NCBI GenBank assembly: GCA_965261345.1
Contig: OZ253449.1
Coordinates: 1,120,001-1,184,000 of the forward strand
Direction: 5' to 3'
Origin: Chloroflexota bacterium
GTDB taxonomy: Bacteria; Chloroflexota; UBA11872; VXNJ01
Length of the DNA stretch: 64,000 nucleotides
Below the pieces are notes generated by a model. The model did no database searches, was not told the DNA's origin, and was given only the letters and a program-made list of their open reading frames with translations. The translations under genes were made by a program, and so were the position numbers. Position 1 is the stretch's first letter. Every line of letters begins with the position of its first letter. Shown here piece after piece: positions 29,399 through 39,298 of this stretch.

Positions 29399-29842
29399 AT
29401 GGGAAAAATGATTCCGCTTATCGGATCGAGTGAAGCCGGGCCGCTGGGGGCGATTCACCTGCCCAGACTCTGGCTAAAAGTCACGCTCGCGACCGCCGGC
29501 GCGCTCAACGAGGATTACGACGAGTGCGGCGGGGGCTTTGACCAGATGGTGCTCGACGGCCTTTCGGTAGATCGCGAGGCGGCGCTGGACTATCTCCGAT
29601 CAACCAAGCCCACCTATCCGCAGTTTGAGCAGTGGGTCATCGACCAAAACGGTGGCAGCATCGACCAGTCGGTAATCGATGCGTCGAACGCGGCCATTAG
29701 TGGATACAACCACGCCGCCGAGACGGTTGCCGGCATCTCCGAGGCGGCAGGAACCAACGCCGACGGGGCGATTACCGGCGCAGTCACCCTGAACGCGCTT
29801 GACGACTGGAGCGAAGTTCACGCTTCGGTGACCGGAAGCTAG
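29399..29842 (+). CDS. Small helical protein, DUF5069-like
   Basis: GPLGAIHLPRLWLK...DY...GFDQMVLDGL...FEQWV resembles DUF5069; AAGGA SD-like sequence upstream. Confidence 0.6.
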   Translation: MGKMIPLIGSSEAGPLGAIHLPRLWLKVTLATAGALNEDYDECGGGFDQMVLDGLSVDREAALDYLRSTKPTYPQFEQWVIDQNGGSIDQSVIDASNAAISGYNHAAETVAGISEAAGTNADGAITGAVTLNALDDWSEVHASVTGS

Positions 29843-30069
29843 GCGCCCACCTCCCACAGCTGCCGGGAGCCCTTACCGGGAATGCGGGTCGGCCGGAAGC
29901 CGACCCTTAGCAGGTGGCCCGCTCCGCCAAGTTCGATCCTTACGGCGGCGGGCCCAAGGCGAACTCCGCAACCCTGACAATCGGCAGTTAAAGTCATTCC
30001 CGCTCGGGTCAGCGGCTAAAACCAGGCCCGGGGCGGAGGAGCCCTGCGGCCGGAGTTATCGCAGCGGAG

Positions 30070-30405
30070 CTAGAACCCGGCGATGGCCTCGTCGGGCGAT
30101 TCGACCACCGTAATTACCTGGTCAAATCCCGAAATGGCAAGGATCTCGCGAATGCGCCGCGGGACCGCGGCGATGGCAAAGCGCCCCTCGTCGTCGTTGA
30201 TTCGTTGAGCTACCACCAGTAGAACCCGCAATCCGGCGCTGGCGATGTAGGTCAATTTCGCGCAATCGAGAACCAGTCGATCCGCACCCTTGTCGATTTC
30301 AGCCACAACCGCGCGCTCGAATTCGCCGGCGTTCTTCGCTTCCACCCGTCCGGCCACTGCAAGTACGAGTGCACCCTCGCGCTCGGCAGCCGACAGTTCA
30401 ATCAT
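30070..30405 (-). CDS. STAS-domain anti-sigma-factor antagonist
   Basis: LAVAGRVE...LVLDCAKLTYIASAGLRVLL...ILAISGFD. Confidence 0.9.
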   Translation of the reverse strand: MIELSAAEREGALVLAVAGRVEAKNAGEFERAVVAEIDKGADRLVLDCAKLTYIASAGLRVLLVVAQRINDDEGRFAIAAVPRRIREILAISGFDQVITVVESPDEAIAGF

Positions 30406-30508
30406 CAAACATTCCCTCTTCGCAAGCTGGAACCGGGCCTTCCGCCTGCGACCATTGCGAACCAAATACTAGATCCCTCTGATTCTGGGCTAGCCGCCAA
30501 GCGTTTGG

Positions 30509-31702
30509 TCACATCGATTTGACAACTCCCGCATAGCGCCAGGTGAGGCGATTGCCGCCGCGCCAGGGATGCGCCGCAATTTCCGCTTCATCCAGGTCGG
30601 TGCCCCAGCCGGGAGCATCGCCCACCTCCAGGTAGCCGTCTTTAATGACCGGTTTCTCGGTCACGTAGCGGTCGCGCAGCGGGCAGGAATCGACATCGGT
30701 TTCCATGATTTTGAGGTGCGGCAGGGTCGCGCACAGATGACCGGACATGAACGTGGCCAGGTGTGAGTAGTAATTGTGTGGGGCCACATCGATTTCCTGG
30801 ACCCCGGCCTGCGCGGCGATGGCCAGCGAGTCGGACATGCCGGTCCACGGCAGATCGAACATGGCCACATCCATCGCCCGAATGTCTAGGAAGCGCTTGT
30901 AATCACGGTAGGTGTTAACGCTCTCGGCCGAGCAGATAGTAAGGGTCGTTGAATCGGTTATCTGCTTGATCGAGTCGGGCTCGAACGAATCGACCTCAAG
31001 CCAGAGCATGTGCAGGTGCTCTAATCCCGCGGCAATCCTGACCGCCTCGTTGGTTGTAAACCAAAAATTAATGTCGAGAGCGGTATCGAAGTCGTCGCCG
31101 GCGCCGCGCTTGAACGCTTCAAGCTGGGCCAAAGCCCGCTCGATCGTCGGCCCGATTGACCGACGTTCCTCGGTCGTCTGAGTCCACGCCGGGTCGCCGG
31201 GCACAAGGATGTTGGTCTTGAGCGCGGTGTAGCCCCGGTCGACCACCTCACGCCCGAGAGCCTCGATGTCGTCGTAGGTCCGCAGCGGCGGCGTACCCAT
31301 CATTTCAGACCAGCGCGCGCGATAGGTGCCGCAGTGCGACCAGTAGAGCCGCACCCGATCGCGGACCTTGCCGCCAATGAGGTCGTAGGCCGGCACCTTG
31401 TAGGCCTTCCCCTTAACGTCGAGGAGGGCCAACTCGATACCGGCAATCGCGCGCTGGGCGATTCCGCCGGGCGATTGCTCCGACAGCCGCAGCATGTCGG
31501 CCAGCCGCGCTCCCGTATCCAGCGCGTCGGCTCCGACCAGGATCAGGGCCAGATCGCTAATCGCGCCCACCATCGCATAAGGCATTCGCCAGTCGGTGCA
31601 TTCGCCATAGCCGGTTATCCCGGCGTTTGTTTCCACCTTCACATAGCAATAGGGCGCCCAGCCGCCATCGGCCAGCAGCGCGCTAACGTGGGTAATTTGC
31701 AT
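30509..31702 (-). CDS. Mandelate racemase/muconate lactonizing enzyme family (acid-sugar dehydratase-like)
   Basis: VKVETNAGITGYGE, GIELALLDVKGK, LIGGKVRDRV, metal ligands D/E/E, APHN, PGWG. Confidence 0.92.
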   Translation of the reverse strand: MQITHVSALLADGGWAPYCYVKVETNAGITGYGECTDWRMPYAMVGAISDLALILVGADALDTGARLADMLRLSEQSPGGIAQRAIAGIELALLDVKGKAYKVPAYDLIGGKVRDRVRLYWSHCGTYRARWSEMMGTPPLRTYDDIEALGREVVDRGYTALKTNILVPGDPAWTQTTEERRSIGPTIERALAQLEAFKRGAGDDFDTALDINFWFTTNEAVRIAAGLEHLHMLWLEVDSFEPDSIKQITDSTTLTICSAESVNTYRDYKRFLDIRAMDVAMFDLPWTGMSDSLAIAAQAGVQEIDVAPHNYYSHLATFMSGHLCATLPHLKIMETDVDSCPLRDRYVTEKPVIKDGYLEVGDAPGWGTDLDEAEIAAHPWRGGNRLTWRYAGVVKSM

Positions 31703-31991
31703 GCTTTTACCTTGAGCCCTTAACTTGCGGTGCCGATCGCCCGGTGCGATTTTTGCCCGGCGGCGGGTGCGGCCTTCGGTAATTTTGAATTGCCGCTGCA
31801 ATCGAGCCGGCGGCCGGTCCATTTTTTATTACAAGTCGGTCGGTCGATCCGGCCCGTTGGATCGAGAAACTTCCGCTAGCGGAGGACTTTTCCCCCGGCA
31901 TTGGGCATCGGTCGGCGGCCAAGAATTGATAATGAATGCGCTAACGCCTTCGCGTTGGCGCCGTGCCTTCCACCGTCGGAGCCAATTGCAA

Positions 31992-33632
31992 GTGAGTACA
32001 CCCGGGACCCGCGCCCGGCCCAACATCGTGCTGATGATGGCCGACGATATGGGCTATTCCGACTTGGGTTGTTTCGGCTCGGAGATTGCCACCCCCAACA
32101 TCGACTCGCTCGCTCGCCGGGGGGCCCGCTTTAGCCAGTTCTACAACTGCGCACGCTGCTGCCCGACCCGAGCCAGCCTGCTGACCGGACTTTACCCGCA
32201 CGAGGCCGGGGTCGGTCACATGACCACCGACCTGCGGCTTGCCGGTTACCGCGGCTACCTCTCGCGCAACGCGGTAACTATTGCCGAGGCCCTCAAACCG
32301 GCCGGTTACACCACCCTGATGTCAGGCAAGTGGCATGTTGGCGGTGATTATCTACTCTCTGACCCCTCGATCCCTTCGGTTGGATCTGAATCCTGGCCGC
32401 AGCCGGTTGACCGCGGATTTGACCGCCACTTTGGCACCCTGACCGGGGCTGGCAGCTACTTTAACCCGCACACCCTCACCGAGGACGGGGAGCTGATCGG
32501 CGCCCAGGGCGATTTCTATTACACCGACGCGATTGCCAACAAGGCGGTCGAATATATCGACGAATATGGCGACGACGAGGACCCGTTTTTCCTCTACGTG
32601 GCCTTTACCGCCCCGCACTGGCCGTTGCATGCGCTCGAGGAAGACATCGCCCGCTATCGCGGCCGGTATCGCGATGGCTGGGAAAACCTGCGCCAGGGTC
32701 GGCACGAAGAACTCAAGGGTCTGGGGATCCTAGACGAGCAATGGCCGATCTCCAGGCGCGACCCCGGGCAGCGCGATTGGAGCGAAGTTGCCAACAAGGA
32801 CTGGGAGGACTCGCGCATGGCGGTCTACGCGGCCCAGGTCGATCGGATGGACCAGGGCGTGGGACGGATCGTGGACAAGCTCGAGCAGATGTCCCTTACC
32901 GAAAACACCCTGTTGATGTTCCTCTCCGACAACGGCGGCTGCGCCGAGTTCTTGCGTGAGGATGGATTTTTCGAGTTTTCGCCGACCAGAACCCGCGCCG
33001 GCGCCCCGATCAAGATCGGCAACGCTGAATCGGTAAATCCGGGCCCGGCCAACACGTACATGAGTTACGACCTGTCCTGGGCCAACGCCTCCAATTCGCC
33101 GTTTCGGCGTTTCAAGCACTGGACCCACGAAGGCGGGATTTCAACTCCGTTCATCGCCTGCTGGCCGGACATGATCAGGCCGGGCCTGCAGATCGATTCG
33201 CCCTGCCATCTCGTCGACGTAATGCCCACCTGCCTCCAGGTCGCGGGCGCCGCCTACCCCAGCGAGCACAACGGATACGAAATCCGCAACCTGCGCGGCC
33301 AGAGCCTGCTCGAACCATTTCAGGACCCGGCCTGGGAACGCGACGGGGCAATCTATTGGGAACACGAGGGCAACCAGGCGGTTCGCCTCGGCCAGTGGAA
33401 GCTGGTCCGCCGCTTTCCCGATGACTGGGAGCTCTACGACATGGCCGCCGACCGCACCGAGCAGATCGATCTGCTCGGGGTCAACCAGGCCCGCTCCCAG
33501 GAGCTGATTGCGCTCTATGACCAGTGGGCCCCGGGCGCCCTGGTGCTTCCCTGGCAGCAGATCATCTCGCGCGACGATATGACCTATCAGCGCCAGCGCC
33601 TGTACAACATCAGCGCCACCCAAAAAGCCTAG
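31992..33632 (+). CDS. Arylsulfatase (paralog 2)
   Basis: RPNIVLMMADDMG, RCCPTRAS, GKWH, APHWPL, SDNG, HEGGISTP; start uncertain (GTG 31992 or ATG 31932). Confidence 0.94.
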   Translation: MSTPGTRARPNIVLMMADDMGYSDLGCFGSEIATPNIDSLARRGARFSQFYNCARCCPTRASLLTGLYPHEAGVGHMTTDLRLAGYRGYLSRNAVTIAEALKPAGYTTLMSGKWHVGGDYLLSDPSIPSVGSESWPQPVDRGFDRHFGTLTGAGSYFNPHTLTEDGELIGAQGDFYYTDAIANKAVEYIDEYGDDEDPFFLYVAFTAPHWPLHALEEDIARYRGRYRDGWENLRQGRHEELKGLGILDEQWPISRRDPGQRDWSEVANKDWEDSRMAVYAAQVDRMDQGVGRIVDKLEQMSLTENTLLMFLSDNGGCAEFLREDGFFEFSPTRTRAGAPIKIGNAESVNPGPANTYMSYDLSWANASNSPFRRFKHWTHEGGISTPFIACWPDMIRPGLQIDSPCHLVDVMPTCLQVAGAAYPSEHNGYEIRNLRGQSLLEPFQDPAWERDGAIYWEHEGNQAVRLGQWKLVRRFPDDWELYDMAADRTEQIDLLGVNQARSQELIALYDQWAPGALVLPWQQIISRDDMTYQRQRLYNISATQKA

Positions 33633-33647
33633 GGGCAACCCTTACAA

Positions 33648-35318
33648 GTGAGCGAACCGCCAATGTCAACTGCGCCACCCGTCGCCGGAGCCGGGACCAA
33701 ACCCAACATCATCCTGATGATGGCCGACGATATGGGCTATTCCGACATCGGCTGTTTTGGCAGCGAGATCAACACCCCCAACCTGGACCGGTTGGCAGCC
33801 GGCGGGGTCCGGCTCTCGGGGTTTTACAACTACGCCCGCTGCTGCCCCACCCGCGCGGCCCTGCTAACCGGCCTTGCGCCCCACGAAGCCGGGATCGGGC
33901 ACATGACTCTTGATCTGGGTTCGCCCGCCTACCAGGGTTACCTAAATGACAACTGCGTCACCATCGCCGAGGCCCTAAAACCGGCCGGGTATTCGACCTA
34001 CATGGCCGGCAAGTGGCATGCCGGCGGCGACTACGCATACAGCTCCTGGCGAGAAGCCGGAGGGATCGGCGAGAAGGGCAAGCCCACGCCCCGGCAGCGG
34101 GGATTCGACCGCTTCTACGGGATCCTTGGGGGCAGCGCCAATTACTACGACCCCCATTCGCTCATGCTCGACGACGAGCTAGTCGACATCGATTACCCCG
34201 ACTTCTTTTTCACCGACGCGATCGCCGACGCCGCGGCCGGATTCATCGGCGATCACCAGGACGATAACCCCTACCTGCTCTACCTGAGCTTTACCGCCCC
34301 GCACTGGCCGCTGCACGCCCACTCCGAGGATATTGCCCGCTATCGCGGAGCCTACCGCGGCGGCTGGGACGAATTGCGCGCGCGCCGCCACGAGCGGCTA
34401 AATTCGCTGGGTGTGCTGGAGAACAGCTGGGACATTTCCCCGCGTGATCCGGAGGCCCCGGCCTGGGAGGGCGTCCCCGACCAGGACTGGGAGGACGCCC
34501 GAATGGCCGTCTACGCCGCCCAGGTCGACCGGATGGACCAGGGAATCGGCAGGGTCCTGGACGCGGTCCGGCGACGCGGTGACTGGGACAACACCCTGAT
34601 CATGTTCATCTCCGACAACGGCGGGTGCGCCGAGTACCTCCGGGAAGACGCGATATCCCATACCGCACCGCCGCACACGCGGACCGGAGTCCCGATCCAG
34701 AGCGGCAACGTTCCCGGCCTGATGCCCGGCCCCGAAACCACCTATATGAGCTACGACCTGCCCTGGGCCAACGCCTCCTGTTCGCCGTTTCGCTACTACA
34801 AGCACTTCACCCACGAGGGCGGAATAAGCACCCCCTTCGTGGCCCACTGGCCCAAAGTGATCAGGCCCAGCTCAATCGACCACCAACCGGCCTGGGTGGG
34901 CGACTTCATGGCGACCTTTCTGCATGTGGCCGGGGCCGCCTACCCCACCGAACACCGTGGCCACGCCGTCACCCCGCTGCGCGGTGAGAGCTTCCTCCCG
35001 GCGCTTGGAGGGACAAATATCGGCCGTCAACAGCCGATCATCTTCGAGCACGAGGGCAATTGCGCGGTCCGCGATGGACATTGGAAACTGGTCAATCGCC
35101 ATCCCGGATCATGGGAACTCTACGACATGGCCACCGATCGAACCGAGCTAAACGATCTGGCCGCCGCCAATCCGAAAATGCGCGACTTGCTCGTGGATGC
35201 CTATGCCGCCTGGGCACGCGAGGTCGGCGTGGGCGATTGGGCCAAAATGATCTCCTCCCCCAGGGCCGCACGCTTCCGCGGTTGGATTCGCGAAGTGCCA
35301 AGCGAGGCTGGTCAATGA
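33648..35318 (+). CDS. Arylsulfatase (paralog 3)
   Basis: KPNIILMMADDMG, RCCPTRAA, GKWH, APHWPL, SDNG, HEGGISTP. Confidence 0.95.
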   Translation: MSEPPMSTAPPVAGAGTKPNIILMMADDMGYSDIGCFGSEINTPNLDRLAAGGVRLSGFYNYARCCPTRAALLTGLAPHEAGIGHMTLDLGSPAYQGYLNDNCVTIAEALKPAGYSTYMAGKWHAGGDYAYSSWREAGGIGEKGKPTPRQRGFDRFYGILGGSANYYDPHSLMLDDELVDIDYPDFFFTDAIADAAAGFIGDHQDDNPYLLYLSFTAPHWPLHAHSEDIARYRGAYRGGWDELRARRHERLNSLGVLENSWDISPRDPEAPAWEGVPDQDWEDARMAVYAAQVDRMDQGIGRVLDAVRRRGDWDNTLIMFISDNGGCAEYLREDAISHTAPPHTRTGVPIQSGNVPGLMPGPETTYMSYDLPWANASCSPFRYYKHFTHEGGISTPFVAHWPKVIRPSSIDHQPAWVGDFMATFLHVAGAAYPTEHRGHAVTPLRGESFLPALGGTNIGRQQPIIFEHEGNCAVRDGHWKLVNRHPGSWELYDMATDRTELNDLAAANPKMRDLLVDAYAAWAREVGVGDWAKMISSPRAARFRGWIREVPSEAGQ

Positions 35319-36043
35319 GCCAAACAAGCGCCGTTTTTGACCCGACGGCAGTAAAGGCCCTCACCTTCGATGTATTCGGCACGGTCGTTAATTGGCGTCT
35401 CTCAGTTTCGCGGGCGGCGGCCCAACTGGCCCGCCGCCACGGAATCGAACTGGACGCACCGGCCTTGGCCGACGCCTGGCGCTCGGGCTACCCCGGCAAG
35501 CTGGCCGAGATCAATTCCGGCGCCCGGCCGCGGCGGCGGTTAAATGACCTGCATCGCGAAATCCTGGCCGAAATCGCACCGGCTTTCGGCCTGCAGGATG
35601 TCCCAGGCCACGAACTCGACCGGCTCAACCTGACCTGGCATCGCCTGCTCGGCTGGCCCGATTCGGCGCCCGGGCTCTGGCGCCTCCGGCAACGCTACCT
35701 GGTGTGTGCGCTCTCCAATGGGGACAGTGACATGCTGGCGACGATGGGCAAGTTTGCCGGCCTTAACTGGGACCTGGTCATCTCGGTCGAATTGGCCGGG
35801 GCCTACAAACCGAAGCCGGCCGCCTACCAAAAGGCGATCGAGCTGGTCGACGCCGATCCTCACCAGGTCCTGATGGTGGCCGCCCACACGAACGATCTGG
35901 CCGCCGCCCAGGCCTGTGGAATGCGCACCGCCTACATCCATCGGCCGGCCGAATGGGGGCGGGACGACCCACCTGGAGACAGTTCGAGATTTGACATAAC
36001 CGCCCCCGACCTGATTGACCTTGCGGTACGCCTAGGGGTTTGA
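35315..36043 (+). CDS. Haloacid dehalogenase type II
   Basis: ALTFDVFGTVVNWR, WHRLLGWPDS, LSNG, YKP, MVAAH..DL; ATGA overlap with the upstream sulfatase. Confidence 0.9.
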   Translation: MSQTSAVFDPTAVKALTFDVFGTVVNWRLSVSRAAAQLARRHGIELDAPALADAWRSGYPGKLAEINSGARPRRRLNDLHREILAEIAPAFGLQDVPGHELDRLNLTWHRLLGWPDSAPGLWRLRQRYLVCALSNGDSDMLATMGKFAGLNWDLVISVELAGAYKPKPAAYQKAIELVDADPHQVLMVAAHTNDLAAAQACGMRTAYIHRPAEWGRDDPPGDSSRFDITAPDLIDLAVRLGV

Positions 36044-36176
36044 GCGGACCGGGCCGGGGCGCGCAAACAATCCGGCCCAGGGTGTGCTCGATCCCCCTAG
36101 AATCGCCAGAGGTCCCGGCAATAAAGAGCCGGCCAGGCTGCGGGATCGGATAAGCCAAGTTCGAGGGTTGCTGAGG

Positions 36177-38033
36177 ATGGCGGAGGACTACGAAAAAACA
36201 TTAGATATCCGCCAGCGGGCGGGTTTGGCCAATGCCGGCGGGGTGATCGATTTCATCATCGCCAACAAGTACAAGGCCACATTGTGGTTTGCGGTCACCG
36301 TGGCCATGATCACCCTCTGGGTAACCGCGACCGAGACGATGGCCGGGATTTTCCTAACGATCGCCCAATTCCTGCTCGGCGCGGCCTTCATGATCGTGCA
36401 GTTTGCGGCCCTGTTCCTCTTCCTGGGCCGGGGACGCATCTACTGGGTCCAGCCGGGCGAGACCGGAGTCTCGTTTAGCGATTACCGCGGCAACGACCAC
36501 ATCCTGGAAGTCGCCCGCCGGGTGGTCACAATCCTCCGGGGCCAAAGCGACGTGCGCCAGATGGGCGGAACCTATACCGCCGGGATGCTGCTGGAGGGAC
36601 CGCCGGGATCGGGCAAGAGTTACCTTGCCCAGGCCATTGCCACCGAAGCCGGACTGCCCTTCGCCTACGCCTCGGCGCCTGGTTTTTCCAACATGTTCTT
36701 TGGAGTTGGCAACCTACGGGTGATGATGCTCTACTCCAAGGCCCGCAAATTGGCCCGCAAGCACGGCGGTGCGATCGTCTTTATCGATGAGATCGACGCC
36801 ATCGGGATGGCCCGCTCGGCCCAGACCTCGGGCGGTGGGATGGGGATGATGGGCGGAATGATGGGCGGCGGGTCGATGATCCTCAACGAACTCCTGCTGC
36901 AGATGGACCCGCCGAACTTCGACAACGATTGGCGCTCGCGCCTGCTGCGGCGGCTGGGTCTGAAAAAAGAACGCGCCATTCCGCCGCCGGTACTTACGGT
37001 GGGCGCTACCAACCTAGCCCATGTGCTCGACCAGGCGCTGCTTCGACCCGGTCGTTTCGACCGAAAAATCCACATTGATTTCCCTGATTTCGACGGGCGC
37101 AAAGACATCATCGCCTATTACCTGGCCAAGGTCCGCCACGAGCAGATGCCGCTCGACCGGATGTCCAACGACACCATCTCTTACTCGCCGGTGGGAATCA
37201 AACACCTGGTCAACGAAGCAGTCATTCACGCCCACTTTGACGGGCGCGACGCGATAAATTACGCCGACTATACGCGGGCCCGGGAGGACCACGAATATGG
37301 CCTCCGCGAGCCGATTCGCAACATGTCGCAAGACGAGCGTCGCCGGATCGCCTACCACGAGGCCGGGCACGCAATCGCGCAGGTCAAGCTGCTCCCGCAC
37401 CACCGGATCGCCAAGGTCACTATTGTTCGCCACGGCGACGCGCTGGGCTTTGCCTCGGCCAAGCCGCTGGAGGAACGCTATACCCTGGTGCGCGAGGAAG
37501 CTCTGGCCCACATCCAGATCTCGCTGGCCAGCCGGGCGGCCGAGGAGTTGTTCCTAGGCACCCGCATGAGCGGGGTTTCGGGCGACCTGGCCAACGCTAC
37601 CCAGACCGCCTACTTAATGCTTACTCAATGGGGCATGGACGGCGGCCTGTTCTCGTACGCACCCTGGGGTGGTGGCCAACTAGATCCGGAGACCAAGACC
37701 CGGATCGAACAGGTTCTCGAGCAGGAATTTAAGAAAGCCAAGGCCCTGCTGACCACTTATGCCGGGGCGGTGCACGAGATCGCCGAAGGGCTGCTGGAGA
37801 GCGACGAGCTGGACGGTCAGGACGTAATCGACATCATCGCCAAACACGACGATCTGCTCGCCTCCGGGCGCGGTCCCAGGGTCCTGCCCGAGTACGCACT
37901 GATGGGCGCGGGCGGCATCGGCGGGCCTCCGCCACAGCTGATTGCCCCGAACGGTTCGCATGGCCCCAATGGTCGTGCCGCAGGTAACGGTGAGTCGTCG
38001 GGCGAGTCTTCGGCGTCGGCCGCGGAGGACTAA
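36177..38033 (+). CDS. FtsH-like membrane AAA+ zinc metalloprotease (atypical paralog)
   Basis: Two N-terminal TM helices, GPPGSGKS, FIDEIDA, ATN, DQALLRPGRFD, HEAGH, RAAEE. Confidence 0.88.
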   Translation: MAEDYEKTLDIRQRAGLANAGGVIDFIIANKYKATLWFAVTVAMITLWVTATETMAGIFLTIAQFLLGAAFMIVQFAALFLFLGRGRIYWVQPGETGVSFSDYRGNDHILEVARRVVTILRGQSDVRQMGGTYTAGMLLEGPPGSGKSYLAQAIATEAGLPFAYASAPGFSNMFFGVGNLRVMMLYSKARKLARKHGGAIVFIDEIDAIGMARSAQTSGGGMGMMGGMMGGGSMILNELLLQMDPPNFDNDWRSRLLRRLGLKKERAIPPPVLTVGATNLAHVLDQALLRPGRFDRKIHIDFPDFDGRKDIIAYYLAKVRHEQMPLDRMSNDTISYSPVGIKHLVNEAVIHAHFDGRDAINYADYTRAREDHEYGLREPIRNMSQDERRRIAYHEAGHAIAQVKLLPHHRIAKVTIVRHGDALGFASAKPLEERYTLVREEALAHIQISLASRAAEELFLGTRMSGVSGDLANATQTAYLMLTQWGMDGGLFSYAPWGGGQLDPETKTRIEQVLEQEFKKAKALLTTYAGAVHEIAEGLLESDELDGQDVIDIIAKHDDLLASGRGPRVLPEYALMGAGGIGGPPPQLIAPNGSHGPNGRAAGNGESSGESSASAAED

Positions 38034-38056
38034 CTAACCCACCGGCCGCCTGACCT

Positions 38057-39298
38057 TTACGGGTAGGTGCCCCGCAGGCGCGCCGCTTCGGCCACCCGCT
38101 CAATGGCGACCGCCATTGCGGCCTGGCGCAGGCTAACCGAGAGATCCTCGGAGCGCGTCCTAACGGCCTTGTAGGCGGTGTGCATCGACCGCTCCAGCTC
38201 CCTAACGATTCGCGGTTTGTCCCAGTAGAACTGCTGTAGGCCCTGGACCCATTCAAAGTAAGAAACGGTAACCCCGCCGGCGTTGGCCAGGATATCCGGC
38301 AGGACGGTAATTCCGCGGTCGGCCAGGATCTCATCGGCGACAAAATCGACCGGCCCGTTGGCGCCCTCGGCGATAAGCCCGGCGCGTATCTGCTCGGCGT
38401 TACCGGCGTGGATCTGGCCTTCGATGGCCGCCGGGATCAGGATGTCAACCGGCAGCGCCAACAGATCGGAGTTGTCGATCGCAACGACTCCCGGCAGGTT
38501 GTCCAGCCCCTGTCCAGCGGCAAGCGTTTGCCCGAGCTGTTCGATGTCCAACCCGGCCGGTTGATAGGCGCCGGCACGCGAGGAACTGATCGCCACAACC
38601 CTGAATCCGGCCTCGGCAAACAGGCGCGCCGCTCCCAGTCCGACGTTGCCGGCGCCCTGGATCGCAACGCTCAGGCCGGCATGGCTACGACCCTGGCTGG
38701 CCAGGTGCGCCTGGGTGCAGATTAGCAGCCCCAATGAGGTCGCGTTGGACCGCCCGGCCGAACCACCGACCGCGATCGGCTTTCCGGTGACCGCCGCCGG
38801 AACCGAATAGCCGCGGTGCATGGATAGGGTGTCCATAATCCAGGCCATGATCTGCGAATCGGTGCCCACGTCGGGCGCAGGGATATCCATCTCCGGCCCG
38901 ATCAGCGGAGCGATCTCGGTGGCATAGCGGCGCGTGAGGTTCTCCAACTCAACGCGCGAGAGCGCCCGTGGGTCAACCCGCACCCCACCCTTGGCCCCGC
39001 CGAACGGCAGGTTGGCCAGCGCGCACTTCCAGCTCATCCACATCGCCAACGCCCGAATCTCGTCTAGATTGGCGCTCGGGTGGTAGCGTAGGCCGCCCTT
39101 GGCCGGGCCACGGGCGATATTGTGATGCACCCGATAGCCGCTATACATGCGGAGCGATCCATCGTCTAGCTCGACTGGAAAGTTGACCGTCAATTCCCGT
39201 TTGACCGACGAGAGCACCAGTCGCAACCCGTCGGGGAGGTTGATCAGCTCGGCGGCTGCGCCAAACTGGGCCAATGCCGACTGTAACGGTCCCATCAT
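38057..39298 (-). CDS. gdhA: Glu/Leu/Phe/Val dehydrogenase (glutamate dehydrogenase)
   Basis: GYRVHH, GPAKGGLRYH, PFGGAKGG, DIPAPDVGT, QGAGNVG, EGANGP, NAGGVTVSYFEW. Confidence 0.93.
   Translation of the reverse strand: MMGPLQSALAQFGAAAELINLPDGLRLVLSSVKRELTVNFPVELDDGSLRMYSGYRVHHNIARGPAKGGLRYHPSANLDEIRALAMWMSWKCALANLPFGGAKGGVRVDPRALSRVELENLTRRYATEIAPLIGPEMDIPAPDVGTDSQIMAWIMDTLSMHRGYSVPAAVTGKPIAVGGSAGRSNATSLGLLICTQAHLASQGRSHAGLSVAIQGAGNVGLGAARLFAEAGFRVVAISSSRAGAYQPAGLDIEQLGQTLAAGQGLDNLPGVVAIDNSDLLALPVDILIPAAIEGQIHAGNAEQIRAGLIAEGANGPVDFVADEILADRGITVLPDILANAGGVTVSYFEWVQGLQQFYWDKPRIVRELERSMHTAYKAVRTRSEDLSVSLRQAAMAVAIERVAEAARLRGTYP

Noticed and set aside
29875-30000. Cobalamin riboswitch (GGGAATGCGG...CCGCAAC)
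   Set aside because: Lacks the GCCACTG and B12-box elements, and lies between convergent 3' ends with no downstream gene to regulate
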